This document shows positions 1 to 10,500 of a stretch of DNA of 42,461 nucleotides, piece by piece. Made by a program: the position numbers and the translations under genes. The DNA comes from a virus (lineage: Duplodnaviria > Caudoviricetes), in IMG/VR virus record IMGVR_UViG_3300028899_000089, positions 1-42,461 of that record. One strand, 5' to 3'. The notes beneath the pieces were generated by a model. That model searched no databases. It was not told the origin of the DNA and worked only from the letters and a program-made list of their open reading frames with translations. Numbering within the stretch: the stretch's first letter is position 1; every line of letters begins with the position of its first letter.

Positions 1-165
1 TATGTCACCACTACCACTGCTAACAGTTGCTTTAACAATTTTATTGTTTGAATCCAAACCTAGGTTACCACCACTAGCTATTGTGCCAGTGTCTATATCC
101 TCTAAATAGACATCGCTACGAAATCTAGCTATTAAATCGTATATATGTTGACCTATCCATTTCAT
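1..165 (-). CDS. Partial CDS (runs off the window), probable tail/fibre-associated structural protein
   Basis: Not in the ORF track. The ATG at 163-165 overlaps the TAA of the upstream gene (TAATG coupling) and the frame is open to the window edge: MKWIGQHIYDLIARFRSDVYLEDIDTGTIASGGNLGLDSNNKIVKATVSSGSGDI. Confidence 0.7.
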   Translation of the reverse strand, partial: MKWIGQHIYDLIARFRSDVYLEDIDTGTIASGGNLGLDSNNKIVKATVSSGSGDI

Positions 166-563
166 TATATTTTTATTCTAACGTCCATAGTGGGTGGAAT
201 TGTAGCGTGTGTTAGTTGGATGGTGTATCCTGTAACCCCTTCTTCCACCGCAATATCCTCCTTATTCAGCACGAGAGTGCTGCCGACGGGAACCGTTACG
301 TTTTTCAAGAGATAAACTGTGGTTGGGGTTGTTACCCTGGTTATACTAAGATCTAACGTGGGAGCGCAAGTTGCCGAGGTGTTTACAAAAGTAATAGAGC
401 TCGGGGCACCAGACCAATACTTACCAAAACTAATAGGAGATGCGCCTACCTGTAGATATCTCGTAGCAGCGGTTTCCTGTAGATTGACATTCGACTGAAC
501 ATCTCTTATACTTGGGATCTTACCTCTTCTAATCCCCTCTGCGTCTCTATCTGTCCTTTTCAT
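165..563 (-). CDS. Hypothetical protein, beta-rich, probably virion-associated
   Basis: 132-aa ORF tightly packed with its neighbours; Thr/Val-rich C-terminal half. Confidence 0.6.
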   Translation of the reverse strand: MKRTDRDAEGIRRGKIPSIRDVQSNVNLQETAATRYLQVGASPISFGKYWSGAPSSITFVNTSATCAPTLDLSITRVTTPTTVYLLKNVTVPVGSTLVLNKEDIAVEEGVTGYTIQLTHATIPPTMDVRIKI

Positions 564-567
564 TTAA

Positions 568-930
568 TTATACCGACCAGTAACCGTATTCAACCGTACA
601 AGCGCCCACATAAGCCTCAGCTGTTATAGCTTGAGCAGTATACAAAGGTATGAATATGAACTCACCTACTCTAAGTTTGAATTTTGAGTCTCCGTCTAAC
701 AATATTTGAACCCATGGATCAGTACCTGTTCCAGAAACATTCTTTATGTATACGTAAGAGAATGCTGCGTTAGAAGCAACTAGCGCTTGAGCGCTGCTAG
801 TGGCTATACTGGTCCTAGCGATGTTAGCCGAGGGTGTTGTTACTGTTAGAACGCTTGTAGTTGTTGCGTCTAAGGCAGATGTACCTGTGTCAGAACTTGT
901 TAGCGTTAATTTTGCTGTTAATGTTGCCAT
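568..930 (-). CDS. Small beta-sandwich-like structural protein
   Basis: 120 aa, Thr/Ala/Ser-rich (MATLTAKLTLTS...YVYIKN...VEYGYW), with an A-rich leader. Confidence 0.65.
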   Translation of the reverse strand: MATLTAKLTLTSSDTGTSALDATTTSVLTVTTPSANIARTSIATSSAQALVASNAAFSYVYIKNVSGTGTDPWVQILLDGDSKFKLRVGEFIFIPLYTAQAITAEAYVGACTVEYGYWSV

Positions 931-943
931 AGTTTTAGTTTTA

Positions 944-1162
944 TTATTTGTGTTTACAACCCTCTAGTTTTGCTAGTTCTTTTTCAAGCTCTACTATACG
1001 GTCTTCGTTTTCGTTTATTATTTTAATCTTTTTCTCTAGTCTTCTATCTAGAATTATAATATCTTCTCCTAATTGGGCTATTTGACTATAAGCCATACCC
1101 ATGGTAAAGATAATACCTATTATCCAGATTATATTTCCGATGTTAATTTTAAAGTCTTTCAT
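944..1162 (-). CDS. Small membrane protein (N-terminal TM plus coiled coil); holin/spanin-like candidate
   Basis: Hydrophobic segment IGNIIWIIGIIFTMGMAYS followed by a charged heptad coil; TAATG-coupled to the upstream gene. Confidence 0.6.
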   Translation of the reverse strand: MKDFKINIGNIIWIIGIIFTMGMAYSQIAQLGEDIIILDRRLEKKIKIINENEDRIVELEKELAKLEGCKHK

Positions 1163-1470
1163 TACCAGAATATCAGTTTAACTATATAACCTATAACAGC
1201 AGCATACAAACCCCAAAGAGCTCTTGTCACTGTAGACTTCCATTTTTTCATATAATGAAAGTCACGAACATCCTTCATCCAGCCAGCTAGGTTTTTATCT
1301 CTCTCGTCTAAACGATTAGTATTCTTGTTAACTCTAACTACTAAACCCTCGTCTGGGTCTAATAACTTAATCATCAGTCTATCCAACTTGTCATTTATCT
1401 CCCTAACGTCCTCTCCCAAAGTTTCGATATCTTTTTTCATTAATGCTATTTCTTGTGCAGTTGTTGCCAT
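1162..1470 (-). CDS. Small membrane protein (coiled coil plus C-terminal TM); holin-like candidate
   Basis: N-terminal coiled coil and C-terminal hydrophobic helix ALWGLYAAVIGYIVKLIFW. Confidence 0.6.
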   Translation of the reverse strand: MATTAQEIALMKKDIETLGEDVREINDKLDRLMIKLLDPDEGLVVRVNKNTNRLDERDKNLAGWMKDVRDFHYMKKWKSTVTRALWGLYAAVIGYIVKLIFW

Positions 1471-1477
1471 ATCAAAT

Positions 1478-1486
1478 TATAATCAC
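1478..1486 (-). promoter_or_regulatory. Putative phage promoter element GTGATTATA (copy 1)
   Basis: The same 9-mer occurs in the intergenic gap at 16269-16277; both copies lie just upstream of minus-strand starts. Confidence 0.4.
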
Positions 1487-1505
1487 TTGTTATTTAAATT
1501 GTTTA

Positions 1506-4500
1506 CTAGTGTCGGATAACAGGATACACTGTTGGTCCGGTTTTCTTTTTCTTTTCATCCTCCCTTTCTATCCCAACATTATAAGGAGTCCAACCTGCCG
1601 CCATAAGTATTCTTTGCCACGCCTCGTACTGATCACTCATAGCGTGTTGCAGGTTAATAATATTTTGATATGGAGAATAAACAGGTGCGTTAGTGGTTGC
1701 TTGTATAGTCATCAACGAAGCCTCTAGAGATGGATTACCTAGTTCAAATTTAAACTCATCATTTTTCTTGATTTTAGCCCATTTTTTCTTATCACCAGCA
1801 GCATCCAACATACCAAATTTAGAACCAATTGGAGGTGATATATTTAATAAATCTTCAGCAACCTCACTGTAATCGGCATTAAAACCAGGTTTAGAACTTT
1901 GTTTAAAGTATTCTAACATAGCGTTTTTAAATGATGATATAACAGCTCCTTGTACCCCAAAACCTCTTAACATAGAATCTGCGACCGTTTGTAGTGCGTA
2001 CGCCTTTGTGTTAGCTAGTTTTTCATCAGACACGTCATCGTCATTTAACAACATAGCAAATAACGCTGATTGTAATCCAGCAAATATAGCTACTTGAACA
2101 CCCATATAATAGGATATTCTACCTACTTTTTCTGACAACTCTCTACCTCCTTTAAATCTACCTTTTGATATGTCTAGTATATCCTTCATACCAGCCCTAT
2201 TCATCTGCATTGGCGTGTTAGCAAATGGTAATATAAATCTACCGATTAATGATGTTTGTTGTCTAGATAATAGATCTGCTCTCGATGACTGCTGTGTTCT
2301 CTCTGCAATCCATTGGAAATCTAACCAAGCCTGCTTTTCAGCCTCTTTAGTTTTCACGCCTTGCTTTTCATACATCTTAATTCTATTTCTATAGAACGTA
2401 GCTCCACCAAGTGATATTGCAAAACTATCTGCCATTTTGGTTGGTAAGTAACCAGCTTTAAGAACCTTAGCAATTATTGATTGTATAGGATTTTGTGAGG
2501 AAGCGGCAGCAGATGCAATTTCAGCTTCAGTTACGTTTATAGCTAAGCCGTCTCTTCTTTGTTTTAACATGTCAGAGTTCATTATAAACTTAAAGTCTTT
2601 AGCGAACTGCTTAACATTACCCATTGCCTTGGCCGCGGCGATAGGGTTGTTCTCTCTCATATTTAAGAAGTTAGTGGTAGATATCGTTTGCAGTACTGCA
2701 GATCTAGTATTAAAGTTCATAATAGTACCAATACCTCCGTTTAGATAATTCATCATCATACCGCTACCCCTATCCATTTTTAAAGATCTAGTTCTACCAG
2801 TCTCCATACGATCAAACATATCCTCAATGTTTTCTCTCCAGTTAGTACCCAACTTAGACTCCATCTTATTTAGATTCTCTGTAGTAAATATTTCATTCTT
2901 TACATCTATCCACTCTTGAAGATATTGTTTTCTACTAACACCTCTATTTATATTAGTAACCTCACCAGCCATTGTTTCCGCCCACCAATCTTGCCCTGGT
3001 TCTTTTAAACCTTTTTCTTGCTTAGTTATTCTAGCAAATTGTTCCGCATAAGCTTGTAGCTTTGGATTGTTTATTATATGTTGCACTAACTTGGCCTCTG
3101 TTGTTTTTGCTAAATCTGGGATTTTATAACCAGCTTTATTCCAAAGATAAACCCTCATCGCCATGTCGTTAGTAAATGTTGTGCCTTCAACAGCTTTCGA
3201 AATCTCTTTAACAACGTCTTTATTTTGCTTACGAAGATTCATGTAATCGTTTTTAGCATTTTGCCTAGCTGTGTTATAATCTCTTATACCTCTTTCAAAT
3301 GGCATTACAAAGCTCTCTTTAAGCCATTTTTTATTTTTAATACCTTCTTTACCCTTTCCGTATAAAGGCTCTATAAGAAGCTCTAAATCAGCAGCGCTAT
3401 CCGTCATAAGTATTCTTCTACGCTTAATATCTTTACCTCTAACTTTAGCTTCTGCTTTTGAAAATACTTTTTTAGATTCTATATCTAAAGAGTGTTCCAT
3501 CACTTTATTGATACTAACATTTAAATCTTCAGATCTCAACGCTTGCTGCACATAAGATTTAATATCCAATTGATCTAATATTTCTTTAACAGGCTTGGTG
3601 TTTTTCATACCACCCAGTTCCTCGCTACGCATCTTAACTGCTGGCGTATATCCTTTTTCACTTGGAATTCCTTTAGCATCAGGATCTACTTCTAAAATCT
3701 TATTAAGATCTGCTCTTACCTTGCCATCAATTGTTTTTATAGCATTTTTTAAATCAAAAGTACCTTCTTTTACCTTCCATCCTATATCCGTAATAGGATC
3801 TCCTTTACCTTTGTATGCCCATTCTGCACTTTTAAGACCCTGAGCCTCTAATGAAACTTGACCATGGTAATAATCAAATCCACCATCGTTCATCTCGTGC
3901 GATAATAAGTCCCCTTTCTTTTGCACAATATCACGTATGCTCATATCTCCAAATGGTTGGCCATAACGATTAACAGCTGTTGTTGTGCCGTTTGAATCAA
4001 AAGTAATATTGTTAGTCGCTTTACCCTTTTTATCAAAGTTTATTATTTCTAGAACACGCATTTTCCCAGATATAAACCCAGGGAGAGATCTAGTAGATTT
4101 AACAGTTACACCATTAACTCTGTTTTCAACGATCTCAGTTCCAACTTCGTAACCATGTTCTGATTGTGCTAGAATTTCTGTTGTAACAGTTTTCTTATCT
4201 TTACTAACAGTTCTAGTTTCCCTAACAAACTCTTCAATTTTAGTAACACCACCTTCGTTATAAGGTACAAGTTCTACTTTTCTAGTAACATTACCTTCTT
4301 TAATCTGTACAACAGGAGCGTCTGTAGGACTGTCCATTCTATCCCAATACTGGTTGTCCGCATAAAAAGATGACAGTTTACCATTGTGGAAGATTATTCT
4401 TTTTGCTGATTTATCATACACCGTCCAATTATGGAAAGCATCATCTGTTAGCTTACCATTCTTCTTTTGTGTTATACACCACGGATTAGAGTTTTCACCC

Positions 4501-7500
4501 CAATGAGTGTCTATAACTTTTCTAACTGCCTTCTGCCCTTCTTTCGTATTCTCAACCTCATACGTAGTAATTCCTTTTTCTTTGTTACTTCCTGAGAATC
4601 TAAATTGCTTTACATTTTTAGGGTTTGTAGGGTTTGCTTTGGTTTTACCAGCATATTTTTCTATAATCTCATTAGGGTTTCTATAAGAGAATATATCTTC
4701 CTTATGTTTTTCAGCTATCTCTACCGCTTGTTTTACTTTGTAACCATCTTCGGGTAGTTTAACGTTACTCGTGGCTAACCATTTTGTCATTATTCGTTTA
4801 TACTTTTTCCTCTTGTTAACAGGAACATCTAAGTTATCTACGAACTTAAACATCTCGTCCACTGTCTTGGAAACTAAGTTTTCTCTAGTTAAATCAGGCC
4901 TATGTTTACCTATGGTATTTTCAAACTCTAATCTAAGGTCACTAGATCGTAAGGCATTTTCGTAAGTATCAGGAGAGTCTAATTTGTTTACATCTCTAAC
5001 GCTTTCTAAGGCTTTCTTTTTTTGTACTTTAGCTTGAACAACCTTGGACCTAACATCAACTTGACTCAAAGCGTTTTTAACAGCTTCGACGTTCTGCAAA
5101 GCGTCATCAGCAAAGTACATGTCGTTATATCCTTCAGCAAATTTCTTTAACATCCACATTGCTTTAGCCTCTCCAGTACTGTTACCTAAACCAGTAATAT
5201 TTTTCAAAGGTATATCTAACCCCTGAGATTTTAAAAACTCACGTATAGGAATAGCCGCCTCAGGTGGTCTAGCTGTCAATATGAATTGGTCTTTTGTCCC
5301 AAACTTCTTAGCTCTATTTAAGGCTTCTTGAAATAATGGTCCTTTTTCTCCACCAGTAACAACGTTAAATTCCGCGAAGTCAAACTCACCACCTCTATCA
5401 AGTATATCTTTTCCTTCTGTAGCAAACTGCTCGGCATCTAATCTAACCTTCTCATACCCGCTAACGAAGTCGTTCATTTTATCAATTAAATCTTTTGGCA
5501 TTGCATCTGCTTGTTTTAGGTTATCAGTCTTAACCTCCATAAACCTTTCACCAAACATTTTTGCAAATCCTTTCTTATTTCCTTGAACAGCCTCATGATT
5601 CTTCTCTACGATTTTATCTAATAAAGATCTTTCTGTCCTAGCTGTGTTTCTAGCCAAAGCAGTCGGCAGAGAGGTTTCAACAAACAACATACTAACGTCG
5701 TATCCTTTATCCTTAAACTCTTTTACTAAGCTCTCCATAGATTTAATAGAACCACCAGTACCATCAACAACAACCCCATCGGCCTCACCTTGATACTTCA
5801 TCATCTTTCTTTTAGCAATACCTCTTGCTTGATGTTGTAAAGAACCTAGTGTACTTTTTTGCTCCTTAGTAAAGTCGTTCATGTTCTCTGGTAAACCATT
5901 ATTTTTCTTTAACCACTCTAAAGATATATCAGAGTTAACGATTTTAAATCCTTGTTTTTCTAAGTTTAACTTTTTGATAACATTACCCTTACCACTACCA
6001 GCCCCGCCAGCCAAGAAAACTACTTTTCTATTTGGTTTCGGCATTCCGTCTGAATTTGGTATTCTAGCTCTAACTCCAGATTTGGTTGTAGCTAAAGTGT
6101 CGTCGAAATCCCAAGTAGACATACCTCTAGTTTTCTTCTTCTTAACCCTACCGTTTGCAACAGCTTTGTCTATCGCTATAGCCGCTCTCATCTTCTCGCC
6201 GTTGGTTAAGTCCTCTGATCTTAAGCCACTCTTTTCAAACACTTTGTTATTTGCTTTATTTAAAGCCTCCATTCTTTTTTCTAAAACCTTTACAGCTCTA
6301 CCACCAGTTATAACATCAGTTAGTAGCCTATCGTAAGTTTTACCTGTTTTTAAATCTAAAGTTGTCTCAGCAGATATAAGTTCTCTCATCCAAGGGTACT
6401 TACCAGATTCTGTCGTAAACTTAAAATCAAAACTAGTAGCACCACCGTATTCCTTACCGTCATACTTCTTTTGCACTGACTTATCTATTATGCTTTGTTT
6501 AAATATTTTTGACAGTGATTTTTGATTCTTTAAAAAAGTAGCTTTGTTACCAGAGTTCTTTAACATGTTGATCATAAAGTTAGCATTCATGTTGAATAAC
6601 TGGAAATCATGCTCACTATGTTTAACTCCCTTGTTTAAAGATATAGCGTCATGAGTAGCTAATCCTTTAGCAAAACCACCCTCAATATTTGTTTGCATTT
6701 GAAGAAGCCTACGTATATTATTTAAAGCGAGCGCTTTGTTGTTAGATTTAGCATAATAATCAAAAAGACTTTCATAAACCTTAGCATGTAATTTTGTGTT
6801 AGCATCTGTAGTTTGCTCGTACGTAGAACCTTTTTTAGCTAAGTACTTTTTAGTTTCGTTAGCAAGCTCGCTTTTAAGCTTGTCGCTGTTTTTAACCTTA
6901 TTAAATTTAGGTAAATCCAAAAGCTTGTTCACTTTCTTTTTAAACGGCCCATTAGAAGTTGCTTTAACATGTTTGATGTATTTTGGTGATTTACCGGTAC
7001 CTTTGTTTTCTGAGTACCATTGATTAGCCCAGTCTTTACCCCTGTACTCGCCATTGAGTTTTTGTTTACCCATATTAATACCAATAGCTTTTCTCATTAC
7101 CGGGTGGTTAATCATTTCACTTGGCAACCCGTTGTAAAGCTCTTTAACAAAAGCATCAAACTCAGCTACTGCCTTCGGGTTTTCGTACCATTTTTTCTCA
7201 GCCATCTTACTTTCACCACGTATAGCTTTTGGTAAAAACGATTCTATTGTTTGAATAAAGTTTTTATCACTGTAGTTTTTATAGCCAAGTTCGGGTACAA
7301 ATGGCCTCATTTCTGGATTAGTTTCTAAAAACCTTTGTGCTTCAAAATATTCTGTAAAAGTTTTAAGATCAACACCCTTAAGCTCGTAACCCATAGAATT
7401 AAAAAAGCTTTCTGCCCCACCATTTCTTTTGAGTAAGTCTGAGTAGTTTTTATTTCTTTCTACTAAAGCCCTAACGCCAAAACCAGGGAATTGCTCCTTA

Positions 7501-10500
7501 GCGTAGTCTATACGTTTAACATCTCTTATTAAGTCACTGAACATACTTATATCAGCATCAGATCTTAATCTTTCTGGTGTAGCTCCACGAAGTTTACGTA
7601 ATGCTAATTCAGCTTTTAATCCTTCTAACTTTGCTTTTGCTTCTGGCTTTCCAGCTACTTTAGCTTCGAATTCTGGACTAAGTATACGTTCTCTAAATAT
7701 TTGCAAAGCGAATGGATCACCAATACCTTCTTTTAAAGTGTTTCTTTTATTGTTTATTGTACCAGCGTCTCTACCAGTGTTTAGGTCTTTAACAAACTCT
7801 TGTACTCTAGCTTCTGTTGCTGGTAGTTTTTCCCATTTAGTTGTTCTAGCATTTGTTTCTTTTGTTACTTCAACAGGTAGTTCTGTTGATTTAAACTTCT
7901 TACCAGTATTTTTATAGTATTTACTAAATATAGTTTTACCCCAATTAGTATTTTCATAAAACTTAGGACTACTAAAGTCTTTCATAGCCTCATAGTTTAT
8001 TGATCCGTTGTTGTCAACAAACCCATCTTCCGCTTTCTTTATTTCTGCTGGTTTTTTAAGGTCAGTTTTACCCCCTCTAAATAGCAAGTCCATTTCAGGC
8101 ATAGACTTACCCCTCATTTTGTTAGCAACATTAACAAATGTTAAATCCTCTAAAGGTGTTTCAAAGAAAACATCTTCAGAAGCCTGTTCCATCCTCTCTA
8201 CAGATCGTGGGTTTATTTTCTTCTTAACCCCACCACCATAATTAAACTCAAAATCTCTTAGTTCAATACCAGTATTTTCAGCAACAGTTTTACCGCTTTC
8301 AGCCATCTTAGATATACCTCCGCCACTTTGTATATCTGTTATGTCTGTTTTTATATCAGATATATCTTGACCGGAAATAACAACACCTTCTTTTTCAGCT
8401 CTCCTAGATTCGTACTTAGCATCAACACTTCTATTTTTGATCTCCTCCATTCTAGTTTTAAGCATACCAGTAACGTGTGAGTACAAGGTTCCTTTAGCTG
8501 GATCATATGTTCTAAATATATCTTGAAAGCCACGCTTGTCAGTAAGTGTGGCGTTAGCTAGCTCTGTTCTTTCGCTATCATAGCTTCTGTTATTTGCCTC
8601 AACCCTGTATCTTTCAGGTATGGTTCTCTGGTACATATTTAGAGCGATATCAAACATTGGCCCAAGCTTGTTCCCTAATATTGGATACTTCTCAAAGTTG
8701 GTGTGTGGTGAACTCATGTCTATGTCAACTCTATTTGGTCTAACCTTTTGACCCATCAACTCTCTATAGTCACTTATCTTTCCTTCGCCTAACTTTATAT
8801 CTTTACTTTTAAAGTACTCTTGTGTTTCGTTTTTAAGCTTTTCAGGATTATTTACCTTACCGCCTCCCTCTAGTTCTAATATCTCTGAACTGTACTTCCT
8901 CTTACCAGTTTTACCTTGAGCAGCAAGATCTGCTTTTTCAATTAAAGGAGCGTCTGCGTCTATAACGGACCCAAGCTCTTTAAACATTTTAGTTTGGTTA
9001 ACACCTTTCTTTACATTTTTAGAGTAATCTCTAAACCATCTTACAACATCTTTTTCTTGAGATAAATCATACTTTTGCCCACCTTTTTTACCGTACTCAG
9101 ATATTAAGTTTCTTAAACCTAGATAACCATGCGAACCTTTTACTTTACTATAGTTAGATTTGTTACCTATGTTTTCGGCGATATGAGAAAATAATTCCCA
9201 TTCTTTTATTCTTTGGTTATTAACAGAATCTTTAAGGTCGAACTTTTTGAGCTTTATAGCTTGTGCTAAGGTCATAGGTTTACCTATCATTTTAGAAAGA
9301 TTAGTTCCACCAAGCTCTATAGCTTCTTTTTCTGATATGGTTCTTTCTAGTTCTATTTTTGACGCTACGCTATAAAGAGTATTAAGGAACTCACCCTTAA
9401 ACACGGCGTTAGATCCAAATTCTCTTTCAAAGTAATCGTGGCTCATCTCATGAGCTTTTATATCCGGAGTATATAGCTCAGCGTTATATCTATAGACTTT
9501 CTTTTTACCACCGTCCTTAGTTATAACGTCGGCTCTAAAAGCGTTACCTTGCTCGTTAATCATTGCTTCCTGCCCAAACTTTAGCCTGTTGTTGTTAACA
9601 ACTTCTATTTCTATATCTATACCTTGTTTTTTAGCATCCCTAATTTCCTGAGCATGTTCCCTTTTAACCATCTCGTTGGCTCTAGATGGATCCATATATC
9701 CCTCTGCTCTTTGCGCGTTGACCCACCTTTGTTTCATGTTATCGCTAACTTCCCAGTTTTTATAATATTCCTTTAGATCTTTATCGCTTAACTTCTCGTG
9801 AATTTTATTTTGCACTTTCTGATCCCAGAACCCATCTTTACTATCTCCAATTTCTCTATCAGTTACACCAGCTTTATCCTTAGCTAGTTTCTTCATGTTC
9901 TTTTGAGCTTTTCTCCATGTATTTTGTAAACCGGCTTTAGACTTGTAATCTGCAAAACCCTTAAAATGTGACATACCAAAACCTATCCCAATAAACTGGT
10001 TTGTTATTAATCTTTTTCCAATCTCACCAAAATCTCCATAGTGTTCTTCCATGAAGTCACCAAACTCCTTATTACCTAGAGCGTCTTGAGTAACAGCGGC
10101 CATTGTTTCTCCAAACTCAGAACCAGCAACAAAACTAGCGGGTTGAGTTATAAATGTTTCAAATAATTTTCTAGTATTAACATTTGCCCCTAGCTTATCA
10201 AAGTCCTTTAGCAAACCTTTCTTCTGCATATAAGGAGCTAGTGGTGCTAATATTCTTCCACCTACTCCAAAACCAAAACCAGTGGCAAGTCCTTTAACTG
10301 TAACGTGTCCCTCGTCAAAAGCTTCAATAGCTCCAAACTTCCCGGCTTCAAGACCACCGGTAATAAGTGTTGCAACACCCCTGTCTCTTACACTGTTAGT
10401 GGTAAATCTCATTCCTCGCAAGCCACCAGCTTTATCAAAACCAGAAACCCTACTACCGAGTGATTTAACATACTTATCCGTAGTCATACCTCTTTTAGCT

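Noticed and set aside
5470-6030. Intein, or a stand-alone zeta toxin-antitoxin module
   Set aside because: No C/S...HN splice-junction motifs or homing endonuclease; the insert is an in-frame kinase with no adjacent antitoxin gene.
6090-6115. DFDD as the catalytic DxDxD motif of a crAss-type virion RNA polymerase
   Set aside because: The sequence is DFDDT (DxDxT) and is followed by HAD motifs II and IV; no DFDID or NADFDGD-type motif was seen in the 3635-aa protein.
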